Assembly: GCA_049970635.1 (NCBI GenBank)
Contig: JBMFMO010000002.1
Location: 1 to 35,360, forward strand
Direction of reading: 5' to 3'
Source: Minisyncoccia bacterium
GTDB taxonomy: Bacteria; Patescibacteriota; Minisyncoccia; UBA6257; HR35
Length of the DNA stretch: 35,360 nt
Shown: one piece after another, positions 8,376-18,159 of the stretch
How the letters are laid out: every line of letters begins with the position of its first letter
Numbering within the stretch: the stretch's first letter is position 1
Position numbers and translations under genes: made by a program
The notes under the pieces: generated by a model
Databases searched by the model: none
Seen by the model: only the letters and a program-made list of their open reading frames with translations
What the model was told of the DNA's origin: nothing

Positions 8376-11300
8376 TTTTCTTCTTTTATTGGAGCCAATT
8401 CAGGCTCTTTAATTAATTCTTCTTCTTTCCTTTCTTTTTCTTCTCTATATTTAATTTCTATTGAAAATCCTAAGCTTTGTAATTCTTTAACAAGGAGGTT
8501 AAATGAAGATGGTATGCTTGGGGTTTTAATTGGTTCTCCTTTTATTATATTTGTATAGGTTTTTCCTCTCCCAACAACATCATCAGATTTTATTGTAAGC
8601 ATTTCTTGTAATGTATTAACTGCACTATATCCTTCTAATGCCCATACTTCCATTTCACCAAATCTTTGACCACCAAATTGTGATCTCCCTCCTAATGGTT
8701 GTTGAGTGATTAATGAATATGGTCCTATTGCTCTTGCATGAGCTTTATCTTCTGCCATATGCACTAGCTTCATTAGATACATAATACCTACAGCAATCTT
8801 ATTTTTAAAAGGTTCGCCAGTTCTTCCATCATACAAAACTAATTTACCATCCTCTGGAAGATTAGCTTTTCTTAATTCTTCTCTTATATCTTCATCTGTA
8901 ACACCTGAAACAGATGGTACTATCGCTCTATATCCTAATTTATAAGCAGCGTAACCTAAATGCATTTCAAATATTTGCCCAAGATTCATTCTTGATACTA
9001 CTCCTAATGAACTTAAAACAACATCAACTGGTCTACCATCTTCTAAAAATGGCATATCTTCTTCTTTTAAAATTATTGATATAACCCCCTTATTACCATG
9101 CCTATTTGCTAACTTATCTCCTATTTGTAATTTTTTAAGCTTTGCAATTTCTACAGAAATTCTTTTTAATACACCTGTTTCAGAAATTTCACCCTTTGCT
9201 CTATCCAAAATCTTTACTCTAGCAACTTTACCATATTTTCCTGGTTCTAAATATAATGAAGAGTCTTTAACTTCTTCTACTTTTTCTCCAAATATAGCTT
9301 TTAATAATTTTTCTTCAGGAGTTAATTCAACCTCTTTTCTTGGTGTTATTTTGCCAACCAATATATCTCCAGCTTTAACGCTTGCTCCTATTCTTATAAT
9401 ACCTTCTTCATCTAAATTCCTTAGTTTTGCTTCTGGTACTCCTGGTATATCATTTGTTACCTCTTCTTTGCCAAGTTTTGTATCTCTTACATCAATAGAA
9501 AACTCTTCTAATGAAACAGATGTAAATATATCTTCTTTTAATACCCTTTCAGATATAACAATTGAATCTTCAAATGTATAACCTCGCCAATTTAAAAATG
9601 CAACCAAAAGATTTGCTCCTAATGCCAATACACCATTTTTTGTGCCAGGGCCATCAACCAACAAATCACCCTTTTTAAATTTATCTCCTGGTTTAACTAC
9701 TGGCTTTTGATTTATAACTGTAAAATCATTTGTTCTTTGATATTTCTTTAAAATATATATTTTCTTCTCTTTTTTATTCTTCTTTTTATACAAAACTGTT
9801 ACATGCTCTCCATCTGCTTCTAAAACCTCACCATCTTCTTCTGCATAAATCAAATATCCACTGTCTCTTGCAACATATTCTTCTAAACCAGTGCTTACAA
9901 TAGGAATTTGTGGTTTTAGCAATGGAACAGCCTGTTTTTGCATATTTGATCCCATTTGAGTTCTATTTGCATCATCATTTGTTAAGAATGGAATAAGGTT
10001 TGTACTAACAGAAAATGGTTGAATAGGAGATATATCAATAAATTCTATTTCATCTTTATTCAAAATTGTTGGCTTACCATATTTTCTACCCTCAACAAAT
10101 TCATCTAAAATTTTTCCATTTTTATCTAATCTTACATTTCCGCTTCCTATCTTATATTTTCTCTCTTCATATGCATTAAGATAAATTATCTTATCCATCA
10201 ATACTTTTCCTTTTTCAACTTTATAATAAGGTGTTTGTAAAAACCCATATTCATCTATCTTACTATATAAGGCTTGATAAACTATAAGACCTATATTTTG
10301 GCCTTCTGGAGTTTGGATAGGACAAATTTTACCATAATGAGATTCATGAACATCTCTTACTTCTAATCCTGCTCTTTCTCTTGTTAAACCTCCTGGACCT
10401 GTTGCTGAAAGTCTTCTTTTATGCTCTAATTCAGAAAGAATATTTATTTGTGTAACTATCTGTGATAATGGGTGTACATTGAAAAGCTCAAGGATTGTAT
10501 TTATAAAAATTTTTGGGTATATTATTTGTGATGGGCTAATTATCTCTTCTTTTTTAAATGTTGAAATTTTATCTTTAACAAATTTTGAAAATCTTGTAAG
10601 ACCCAATCTTGTTTGTAGTTTCAAAAATTCTCCAACGCCCCTAACATGTCTATTCCATAATGCATCTATATCATCTGGTTCGGCATTTTTATCCTTTTGT
10701 AATCTTAAAATTTCTTTGATTATAGAAATCAGATCTTCTTTTTCAATTAACAAAGAATTTGATTCCAAATTCAGTCTTCTATTTATAATATACCTACCTA
10801 TTTCTCCTAATGAATATCTATCTAATCTTTTGAATGTTCCCTCAAAAAATTGCAATGCATTATCAAATGTATTTGGCTCATAGCTTTTTAATTTTGCATG
10901 TATCAAAAGAAGGGCCTCTTCAAAATCTTTTGTTTCATCTTTTTTTAATGTATTTTTCAAAATATTTAAATCTTTATCATCCTCCTTAAATAAATCTTCA
11001 ATCTCTTCATTGCTTATACCAAATGCTTTTAAAACAACGGTACCAGCCACTTTTTTCTTTCTATCAATCTTTACACTTAAAATATTGCTTGGTTCTATTT
11101 GAAATTCTAGCCATGCTCCTCTCTCAGGAAGAATTTTTGCACCAAACAATCTTCTTTCTCCGAATAATTCCATATTAAAATAAACACCAGGTGCTCTTAA
11201 TATTTGATTTACAATTAATCTTTCTATTCCATTTATAATAAATGTTCCTCTTTCTGTCATATATGGAATATCGCCAAAATATATCTCTTGTTCTGTAGAC

Positions 11301-11587
11301 TGATTAGTAATAAGATTTGTAAGCCTTAATGTTACCCTAACTGGAACGCTATATGTTAGGTTTTTTCTAAAACATTCTTCTTCAGAAAATTTTGGATGCC
11401 CGATACTTACGTCAACAAAATCTAATTTAATTTCTTTTTCAGAATAATCAAAAATCGGGAAGGATTCTAAAAATACCTTCCTTAATCCTTCACTCAAAAA
11501 TCTTTCATAACTTTCTCTTTGAAAAGAAATAAGATTCTCAGGTTCTATAATATTGTATTTTGAAAAATTTTTTTTAGTAAAAAACAT
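8372..11587 (-). CDS. rpoB: DNA-directed RNA polymerase subunit beta
   Basis: 1071 aa with [29 protein letters not shown] and other universal beta-subunit blocks. Confidence 0.98.
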   Translation of the reverse strand: MFFTKKNFSKYNIIEPENLISFQRESYERFLSEGLRKVFLESFPIFDYSEKEIKLDFVDVSIGHPKFSEEECFRKNLTYSVPVRVTLRLTNLITNQSTEQEIYFGDIPYMTERGTFIINGIERLIVNQILRAPGVYFNMELFGERRLFGAKILPERGAWLEFQIEPSNILSVKIDRKKKVAGTVVLKAFGISNEEIEDLFKEDDKDLNILKNTLKKDETKDFEEALLLIHAKLKSYEPNTFDNALQFFEGTFKRLDRYSLGEIGRYIINRRLNLESNSLLIEKEDLISIIKEILRLQKDKNAEPDDIDALWNRHVRGVGEFLKLQTRLGLTRFSKFVKDKISTFKKEEIISPSQIIYPKIFINTILELFNVHPLSQIVTQINILSELEHKRRLSATGPGGLTRERAGLEVRDVHESHYGKICPIQTPEGQNIGLIVYQALYSKIDEYGFLQTPYYKVEKGKVLMDKIIYLNAYEERKYKIGSGNVRLDKNGKILDEFVEGRKYGKPTILNKDEIEFIDISPIQPFSVSTNLIPFLTNDDANRTQMGSNMQKQAVPLLKPQIPIVSTGLEEYVARDSGYLIYAEEDGEVLEADGEHVTVLYKKKNKKEKKIYILKKYQRTNDFTVINQKPVVKPGDKFKKGDLLVDGPGTKNGVLALGANLLVAFLNWRGYTFEDSIVISERVLKEDIFTSVSLEEFSIDVRDTKLGKEEVTNDIPGVPEAKLRNLDEEGIIRIGASVKAGDILVGKITPRKEVELTPEEKLLKAIFGEKVEEVKDSSLYLEPGKYGKVARVKILDRAKGEISETGVLKRISVEIAKLKKLQIGDKLANRHGNKGVISIILKEEDMPFLEDGRPVDVVLSSLGVVSRMNLGQIFEMHLGYAAYKLGYRAIVPSVSGVTDEDIREELRKANLPEDGKLVLYDGRTGEPFKNKIAVGIMYLMKLVHMAEDKAHARAIGPYSLITQQPLGGRSQFGGQRFGEMEVWALEGYSAVNTLQEMLTIKSDDVVGRGKTYTNIIKGEPIKTPSIPSSFNLLVKELQSLGFSIEIKYREEKERKEEELIKEPELAPIKEEK

Positions 11588-11593
11588 AGTAAC

Positions 11594-11616
11594 TCCTAAA
11601 TTTCTCCGTAGGAGGT
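11594..11616 (-). promoter_or_regulatory. rpoB Shine-Dalgarno (AGGAG) with an upstream complementary CCUCCU box
   Basis: The minus strand reads AACCTCCTACGGAGAAATTTAGGAGTTACT-ATG. CUCCU can pair either with the adjacent GGAG or with the AGGAG SD 12 nt downstream. Confidence 0.45.
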
Positions 11617-11664
11617 TTTAAAAACTATATTTTAAACTAATCTAACATATTTTTTTATATTTTC

Positions 11665-11693
11665 ATTATAATATATAAAAATTTGCTTGTCAA
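11665..11693 (-). promoter_or_regulatory. Consensus sigma-70 promoter for rpoBC
   Basis: Minus strand: TTGACA (11693-11688), a 17-nt spacer, then TATAAT (11670-11665). It lies about 80 nt upstream of the rpoB ATG. Confidence 0.75.
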
Positions 11694-11724
11694 GGGTTAA
11701 AAAATATTTAAAAAAATAGGGTTT

Positions 11725-13785
11725 TTATTGATTGATAAATTTTTTTAATAATTCTAAAGATGATGTATCATTAAATCTTTTTAGATAATCATTAATAAAT
11801 TTTTGTGCTTCATCTTTTTTATTATTCATCATATAAACCCTAATAGTTATTAAATATTGAAGTTGGTTGGATGGATAAAATCCTCTTCTTATTGCTTCAT
11901 TAATATTTTTTAATGCTTCTTCTTTCTCTCCTAATTCTAAATATAAAATTCCTAAATAATAAATTGTTCTTACTGATTCTTTATATTTATTTTTTACATC
12001 CTTTAAAATTTCCAATGCTTTTTCTTTCTCACCCAATCCTTTTAAAAATTGAGAATATTGTATCTCTATATCTGGAAATCTTGGATATAAATTTATAAAA
12101 TTATTGAAAATTTGATTTATTAAATTATATTCATTTGAATAATCTAAACCCATTCTTTTTTTTGCATCTATAATCCTTGAAAGGTGAGTTGTTAACATAT
12201 TGAAAACTCTTGTATCATATGGATCTTTTTTATGTGCTCTTTCAAAAATCTCTAAAAATTTATAAATTTCATCTCCTTTATGTATCTTTGAGATATTTTC
12301 TTCTAAATATTTACTTGTCATAACTGCTATTTCTGGTAAAAATTGTGTATTCAAACTTGAAAGGTAATAGAATTTATCTAAACCACTTGGATAAGGTGAT
12401 TCCAATGCTTTTATTATCTCACTAACCATATAAAAATGAAAGATATTTAGAGAAAACAAAATTAAAAATAATCCAATTGAAAGAGCTTTTATGAAAAAGG
12501 CAGTATTAAATGGCATTTTTTCTTTTGCTCCCTTAACTGGTTGTGATAATAAGGATAAACCAAAAAAGAATAATAAATAGCTTACTTGAACATCAAATAA
12601 AACAAAGTTTTGTAAAATATATCCTGAAAATAAACCTAATAATATTGTTTTATAATATCTATCTTCTTCAAATTTAAATATAGAATAAACAATTGAGATA
12701 AAAAATAGGAGCCAAAATATTGCTCCTAAAATTCCTGTTGTAACTAAAATTTCAATATACTTATTGTGTGGTCTATCAAATATAGCTTCTTCATAATTGA
12801 AAAGATCTGGGTTAAAAAATTTAAAAAACACTATTGGAGAATTTTCTAACCCATAACCTACTAATGGTTTTGTTTTAAATCCTTCAATAAATATATTCCA
12901 AGCAATCCAACGAGCCATATAAGCTTCTGGTTTTTTTAATGTTTCTGCCAATCTTTTAATACCAATTATCTTTGAGGCATAATCAGTTTTTAAAAATTGA
13001 TAAAAAGCAAAAGAGAATATCAATAGAGCTAAAATAAGAGAAATTTTAATAGATAGTTTTGTTTTAGAAGATAAGAAATAATAAATTATTGAAATAGAAA
13101 CTGCTCCTAATAAAGCTAAAATTGCTCCCCTTGATTGAGAGATAAATATTGCTAAAAGATTCAAAATTATTGAAAAATAGATTATATAATGGATAAATTT
13201 ATCTTTAATATATCTTAGAAAATAGATAGATAAAAATATCATTAATAAACCAAAAAAACCCACATATGTTGCATTTCCTAATGTTGCATTTGGCCTTACT
13301 TCTCCTTTAAATCCTTGGTAAATCTCAATTATAGAGATAATATAAGATGTTATTAAAAATGAATAGAATATTGATTTTTTAAAATCTGGATCAATCTTCA
13401 AATAGATATATAAGACCCAAAACCATAATAGAAAATGGAACAATCCCCAAACACCTTCCATTCTTTCAGCATTCCCCCAAAAAGATATATATGGTCTTAT
13501 TGAAAAGATATTTATAATTGCTATAGCTAAAAATAGTAAAATTGATGAATAAAATAGATATTCGTTCTTTTTTGGAATAAATTGTTTATTTGATGTTAAA
13601 AATATTATTAATAAAAGTGCTGATAATTGAATTAATGCTCTAAAAAATATTGCTTTACCAGTTATATATGGAAACAATAGATTAAAACTACAAAAATATC
13701 CAGGGCAAACTAAAATTAATGATAATGGAATTAAAAATAGAAAAACCTTAATAAATAATAAAATTGTTTTTTCTCCCTCACTCAT
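11725..13785 (-). CDS. O-antigen ligase-like (Wzy_C) membrane protein with a C-terminal TPR domain
   Basis: 686 aa with about 12 predicted TM segments. It has a SQSRGAILALLGA block typical of Wzy_C/O-antigen ligase proteins and a soluble TPR-like tail (YYLGILYLELGEKEEALKNINEAIR). Confidence 0.7.
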   Translation of the reverse strand: MSEGEKTILLFIKVFLFLIPLSLILVCPGYFCSFNLLFPYITGKAIFFRALIQLSALLLIIFLTSNKQFIPKKNEYLFYSSILLFLAIAIINIFSIRPYISFWGNAERMEGVWGLFHFLLWFWVLYIYLKIDPDFKKSIFYSFLITSYIISIIEIYQGFKGEVRPNATLGNATYVGFFGLLMIFLSIYFLRYIKDKFIHYIIYFSIILNLLAIFISQSRGAILALLGAVSISIIYYFLSSKTKLSIKISLILALLIFSFAFYQFLKTDYASKIIGIKRLAETLKKPEAYMARWIAWNIFIEGFKTKPLVGYGLENSPIVFFKFFNPDLFNYEEAIFDRPHNKYIEILVTTGILGAIFWLLFFISIVYSIFKFEEDRYYKTILLGLFSGYILQNFVLFDVQVSYLLFFFGLSLLSQPVKGAKEKMPFNTAFFIKALSIGLFLILFSLNIFHFYMVSEIIKALESPYPSGLDKFYYLSSLNTQFLPEIAVMTSKYLEENISKIHKGDEIYKFLEIFERAHKKDPYDTRVFNMLTTHLSRIIDAKKRMGLDYSNEYNLINQIFNNFINLYPRFPDIEIQYSQFLKGLGEKEKALEILKDVKNKYKESVRTIYYLGILYLELGEKEEALKNINEAIRRGFYPSNQLQYLITIRVYMMNNKKDEAQKFINDYLKRFNDTSSLELLKKFINQ

Positions 13786-13821
13786 TATTTAATTATAATA
13801 AAATTTATTCTAAAACAAAAT

Positions 13822-13898
13822 CCAAAATTAAAAGCCCGGCCATATTGGCCGGGCTGCCCGCCTAAGTCTAGGTAAACCCCGCCTATGTCGAGGCGGGG
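13822..13898 (-). terminator. Double GC-rich hairpin terminator after the surface-protein gene
   Basis: Hairpin CCCCGCCT/AGGCGGGG lies at 13877-13898. Hairpin GCCCGGCC/GGCCGGGC lies at 13834-13854 and is followed on the minus strand by TTTTAATTTT. Confidence 0.8.
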
Positions 13899-13923
13899 CA
13901 GGTCTCAACAATTTCTATCTTAA

Positions 13924-15810
13924 CTATTGGATATTAACCCAATCTGTATAGTAAGAGTTTCTTACAAAATTTGCTGAATTCTCTGTTGGCTTAGTTGATG
14001 TAGTACCCCAATTTACACTATTTATCTTCAATCTTGCTAGACCCGCATATTTTGCTTGATTAGTATATACAACAGTGAGCTTAAATGTATATTGATTATC
14101 CTGTGATAAGGTTCCGTTCCATGTACCGGTTATATCATTTCCACCTTGATATACACTCATAACAGCTGATATACCAGTTGTAGTTGTGGTACCATTTGAT
14201 TGTTCCAATACAACTTCAAACAATTGGCTTGCAGTTGTAGGAGCATAAATATCACCACCTTTAGGTGTTACATTTATTTCGAATCTTGCTGTTAAGGTGC
14301 TTGTAAGAACTGCTTGAGAAGGTGCTTGATATTCTACACTTTTGCTTGCAAGACTTAACTGAGGTCCAATAGTTAAGTAGTAAAGATTATTAGAGACTGC
14401 ATTTCCAGTAGAAGTTGCTGGTCCTCCTAATGAATTCTGTCCTTGAACAGCTGTTACTGCTACAGTTACAGTTGCTGGAATAGTTGTTCCTCCTGTTAGA
14501 TCAGCAAGAATATCAAATGTTTGAGTTTGATCTTTGTTTATTGTTATCTGGTTTGGTACTAAGTTGAATGTTACAGTTGTTGTAGTTTGTGGAACAGATT
14601 GCACAGCTATTGGATTTCCACCATGAGGAGCAATATACAATGTGCTTACATTGCTAGTTGCATTAACATTAACAGTAACACCTGTTAGTCTTATATTATC
14701 ATCCTTAGCTTTTACATCAAATGTCAAAAGTGTTTGCTTAGAGGCTTTACCATCTGTAACATTACCAAATATATAACCTTCTTGAGGAGTATTAACATTT
14801 CTTGTTATTACAAATTGTGCTTGTTGAGCTAAGCTTGTTGATAAGGTAGTCTGTACTGGAATTCGGCTTGTAGGCCCAAATCTATCAACTCCTGCTTCAT
14901 CTGTTCCTCTTACATCATTTGGATCAACATATAGTGAAAAGCTTGAAGCACCTGATGGTAATGTTCCTACAATTGTTCCTCTAACAAAGATGGATTTATA
15001 TGAATTCTTTGGAACAACTACATTCAAGCCAGTTACAGGAAGATAATAATTTAGGGTTGTGTCTTGCAAAAATGTTGTAGAATCTACATTCTCAGAGAGT
15101 AAAACATTACCTTGATCATCAACTACTTCTACTTTTGATAAGAGTCTATAAGGAGCATATGTAGCATTCCATCTTAAAATCATTGATTTAACTGTTACAG
15201 CTGCATTATCTGCTCTAAATCTTAAACCAAATACATTTCCTGTTTCATTTTCTCTTAAAGAAGGAGCTGTAACAGTTGGCTCTTGTTCAACAGTTAAGAA
15301 GCCTTCTTGTGGTGCTGTTGGTGCTGTAGGAGCTGCTGGTGCTGTTGGTGCTGTAGGAGTTGCTGTCCCGCTAACTATTGCCATAATAGCAGCAATTTGT
15401 TGGTCTGTTAAACCTAATGCTTTAAGAAGTGCTTCTAGAGCTTGTGTTGAAGGAGCAGTTGTTGGTTTTTCAGGAGCACCTGCACCTGCAACTAATTTCT
15501 TTAATTGAGCAATTCCTTTTGGTCCTACACTTCTACCATTCCATGCTCCATACCATTCAGCATAGAATTTTTTAACAGCAGATACTGTTTGTGATCCATA
15601 GTATCCTGTTGCACCTGCAGGAATATCATATCCTGCTTGGATTAAACAGGCTTGAAGATTTCTAACAGCTTCACTTCTTTGGCCATATCTTACTTGTGTT
15701 AATGTATCTGGATTGCAAGTTGGTTCTGTTTGAGCATATGTTAAAGGAACTCCTAGATATGCAACTGTTGCTAGGGCTACAAAATATGTTAAGATCTTCT
15801 TCTTTTCCAT
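13924..15810 (-). CDS. Secreted cell-surface protein: PG_binding_1 domain, PT/AP linker and a long T/S/V/N/Q-rich beta region
   Basis: 628 aa. Signal peptide MEKKKILTYFVALATVAYLGVPLTYAQ. A peptidoglycan-binding block (RYGQRSEAVRNLQACLIQAGY...GYYGSQTVSAVKKFYAEW) is followed by TPTAPTAPAAPTAPTAP. The gene is visibly more GC-rich than its neighbours. Confidence 0.75.
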   Translation of the reverse strand: MEKKKILTYFVALATVAYLGVPLTYAQTEPTCNPDTLTQVRYGQRSEAVRNLQACLIQAGYDIPAGATGYYGSQTVSAVKKFYAEWYGAWNGRSVGPKGIAQLKKLVAGAGAPEKPTTAPSTQALEALLKALGLTDQQIAAIMAIVSGTATPTAPTAPAAPTAPTAPQEGFLTVEQEPTVTAPSLRENETGNVFGLRFRADNAAVTVKSMILRWNATYAPYRLLSKVEVVDDQGNVLLSENVDSTTFLQDTTLNYYLPVTGLNVVVPKNSYKSIFVRGTIVGTLPSGASSFSLYVDPNDVRGTDEAGVDRFGPTSRIPVQTTLSTSLAQQAQFVITRNVNTPQEGYIFGNVTDGKASKQTLLTFDVKAKDDNIRLTGVTVNVNATSNVSTLYIAPHGGNPIAVQSVPQTTTTVTFNLVPNQITINKDQTQTFDILADLTGGTTIPATVTVAVTAVQGQNSLGGPATSTGNAVSNNLYYLTIGPQLSLASKSVEYQAPSQAVLTSTLTARFEINVTPKGGDIYAPTTASQLFEVVLEQSNGTTTTTGISAVMSVYQGGNDITGTWNGTLSQDNQYTFKLTVVYTNQAKYAGLARLKINSVNWGTTSTKPTENSANFVRNSYYTDWVNIQ

Positions 15811-15815
15811 TTTAG

Positions 15816-15829
15816 ATTAATTACGACTT
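15816..15829 (-). promoter_or_regulatory. Leader motif copy (AAGTCGTAATTAAT), 5 nt before the surface-protein ATG
   Basis: Plus strand attaattacgactt. It has one deletion relative to the 15-mer AAGGTCGTAATTAAT found at 15894, 19160 and 19891. Confidence 0.6.
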
Positions 15830-15893
15830 GCGCCTATGCCACAATATGGGCAATCAGCGCTTGAATATTAATTATTAATGATTATCCTTCTCT

Positions 15894-15908
15894 ATTAATT
15901 ACGACCTT
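15894..15908 (-). promoter_or_regulatory. Leader motif AAGGTCGTAATTAAT, 12 nt downstream of a -10 box
   Basis: Plus strand attaattacgacctt. It is identical to the 15-mer at 19160-19174 and sits at the same 12-nt distance from the -10 hexamer. Confidence 0.65.
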
Positions 15909-15920
15909 TTAATATATTTT

Positions 15921-15949
15921 ATTATAAATTATCTTTTTTTAAAAGTCAA
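15921..15949 (-). promoter_or_regulatory. Sigma-70-like promoter for the surface-protein gene
   Basis: Minus strand: TTGACT (15949-15944), a 17-nt spacer, then TATAAT (15926-15921). Confidence 0.65.
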
Positions 15950-15961
15950 ATTTTTTCTTAT

Positions 15962-16044
15962 TTAATTATATCATAAATTTGCTTGTCAAATATTTTTCAT
16001 CATATCTATATATTATTAATTATATCATAAATTTTGTTTGTCAA
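15962..16044. repeat. Two copies of a 28/29-nt box (ttaattatatcataaattt(t)gyttgtcaa), 54 nt apart, in the divergent region
   Basis: Copies at 15962-15989 and 16016-16044. The 15-mer aaatttgcttgtcaa is also the -35 region of the rpoB promoter (11679-11693). On the minus strand each reads TTGACAAGCAAATTT...TATAAT, but with only a 13-nt spacer. Confidence 0.7.
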
Positions 16045-16065
16045 GTTTTTCTTATTATAATTTTA

Positions 16066-18159
16066 ATGATGGCAAGAAGAAATAATAATGAAAATAATAG
16101 AAAAAAATTGAATTTTTTAGAGGCTATCAAAAAGATAAGAGAGCATTATTTAACTAATGAAATTTTAGGTTGGTTATTTATATTTATCTCTATATTTACT
16201 TTTATTTCAGATTTGGATAAGGGTGGGATAATAGGCGCTCATTTTAAAAATTTTCTCTTAAATATATTTGGTCTTTCTCATTTTGCAATTATTATATTAT
16301 TTTTAATATTAGGGATAGGATATGTTTTTAAGATAAATATTATCTGGAAAATTGATAGCACAATAGCTTTAGTGTTTCTATTTTTTATCTTCAATGGATT
16401 TATAGAGATATTTACAAAAAATGGAGGGAGTTTAGGAAAAGAGATTATAAAGCTAAATAAATTTTTGGGTGATGTTGGTTTAATAATTTTATTTTTAATC
16501 TTAACAATATTATCTTTAACAGTTATCTTTGAGAAACCATTTATTGAAATAATAAGAGGATTTAAAAGAAAGAAAAAGATTGAGGGAGTTGAGGTAAAAG
16601 AATTTATTAAAAAAGAGGAGGTTAAGGAAGAAAAAAAGATGAAGATGCCTGAAATAATAAAATTAAAAAATGATAAAAATAGTGTTAAAGAAGAGATAAG
16701 ATTAAAAAGGCTTCCCATAAAAACAACATGGGAATTGCCACCATTATCTTTATTAGACAAAACAGAGACTGCTCCTGATAGTGGGGATTTAAAGGAAAAT
16801 ATTCAGATAATTAAAAATACTTTTTTAAATTTTGGAATAGATGTTGAAATAGTAGAAGTTACAATTGGACCAACTGTTACAAGATATGCCGTTAAACCTC
16901 CAGAAGGAATAAAGCTTTCTAAAATTTTATCTTTACAAAATGATTTAGCATTAGCATTAGCAGCACAAAATATAAGGATTGAAGCACCAATTCCAGGAAG
17001 GGCATTGATGGGGATAGAGATACCAAATAAGAAAAGGGCTATTGTAAGATTAAGATATCTATTAGAAAACCCGGAGTTTTTAGAAAGTGAAAGCCTTCTT
17101 CTCTTCCCTGTAGGAAGATTAATAACAGGAGAACCCTTTTATAGTGATTTAGCTTTAATGCCACATATTTTAATTGCAGGAACAACTGGTTCTGGAAAAT
17201 CTGTTTTTATTCACTCTTTATTAATATCTTTGCTCTTAAAAAATACTCCTGAAACATTAAATCTTATTTTAATAGATCCTAAAAGAGTTGAGCTTATAAG
17301 ATATGAGGATCTTCCGCATCTTTTGATGGAACCTATAGTAGAGACAAAAAAAGTTGTTCCTGTTATGAATTGGTTAATAAAAGAGATGGAAAAAAGATAT
17401 CTTATTTTGCAAGAAAATAGGGTGAGGGATATTGATTCATTTAATAAAAAACAGATACAGAGAGGAAAGAAAATTCTACCAAGAGTTGTATTTGTTATTG
17501 ATGAGATGGCTGATTTAATGATAAAGCAAGGTCATCTAATTGAAGCTACAATTGTAAGATTAACACAAATGGCGAGGGCAACTGGAATCCATTTAGTATT
17601 AGCAACGCAAAGACCCTCTGTAGATGTTGTAACTGGTTTAATAAAAGCAAATATTCCAAATAGAATATGTTTTAAGGTTGCATCGCAGGTTGATTCAAGG
17701 ACTGTTTTAGATTATGCAGGTGCAGAAAAATTGATTGGGGCTGGAGATATGTTATTTGTTAGTACATTATTTGGTGGCATGAAAAGAATACAAGCTCCTT
17801 TTATAGCTGAAAAGGAGATTGAAAGGGTTATTAATTTCTGGGCAAAACAAGCTGAAGAAAAAGAAGATTTTGAAAAAGAAGAGATATCATTAGAAGAATA
17901 TGAAAAACCAGAATTTTTAATAGAAGAAGATATTGAAGACGATCTTATAAAAGCAGCATGTGAAATAATCTTAGAAACAGGAAAGGCATCAACATCTTTG
18001 TTACAAAGAAAATTAAAGATCGGATATGCAAGAGCTGCGAGAATATTGGATATATTGGAAGAAAAAGGAATCGTTGGACCACAAGAAGGAACAAAACCAA
18101 GAAGGGTTCTTATAGAAAAATTAGAAGATATAAATGAAAATGGAAAAGAAGTTGAGTGA
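16066..18159 (+). CDS. ftsK: DNA translocase FtsK
   Basis: N-terminal TM segments, Walker A GTTGSGKS, Walker B VVFVIDEMADL and a C-terminal gamma winged helix (LLQRKLKIGYARAARILDILEEKGIVGP). I prefer the ATG at 16066 (MMARRNN). The track start at 15979 would run through the promoter-like repeats. Confidence 0.9.
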   Translation: MMARRNNNENNRKKLNFLEAIKKIREHYLTNEILGWLFIFISIFTFISDLDKGGIIGAHFKNFLLNIFGLSHFAIIILFLILGIGYVFKINIIWKIDSTIALVFLFFIFNGFIEIFTKNGGSLGKEIIKLNKFLGDVGLIILFLILTILSLTVIFEKPFIEIIRGFKRKKKIEGVEVKEFIKKEEVKEEKKMKMPEIIKLKNDKNSVKEEIRLKRLPIKTTWELPPLSLLDKTETAPDSGDLKENIQIIKNTFLNFGIDVEIVEVTIGPTVTRYAVKPPEGIKLSKILSLQNDLALALAAQNIRIEAPIPGRALMGIEIPNKKRAIVRLRYLLENPEFLESESLLLFPVGRLITGEPFYSDLALMPHILIAGTTGSGKSVFIHSLLISLLLKNTPETLNLILIDPKRVELIRYEDLPHLLMEPIVETKKVVPVMNWLIKEMEKRYLILQENRVRDIDSFNKKQIQRGKKILPRVVFVIDEMADLMIKQGHLIEATIVRLTQMARATGIHLVLATQRPSVDVVTGLIKANIPNRICFKVASQVDSRTVLDYAGAEKLIGAGDMLFVSTLFGGMKRIQAPFIAEKEIERVINFWAKQAEEKEDFEKEEISLEEYEKPEFLIEEDIEDDLIKAACEIILETGKASTSLLQRKLKIGYARAARILDILEEKGIVGPQEGTKPRRVLIEKLEDINENGKEVE

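Noticed and set aside
13924-15810. The GC-rich surface-protein gene as a horizontally acquired island
   Set aside because: The extra G+C comes from Thr/Ala/Gly/Pro/Val-rich amino-acid content. Third codon positions are still mostly A/T (ACA, GCA, CCA, GTT), like the rest of the genome. The gene also uses the same promoter type and leader motif as native genes.
15979-16065. N-terminal 29-aa extension of the ftsK ORF from a non-ATG start
   Set aside because: It runs through the promoter-like repeat boxes of the divergent spacer. The ATG ATG at 16066 gives a typical basic N-terminus followed by TM segments.
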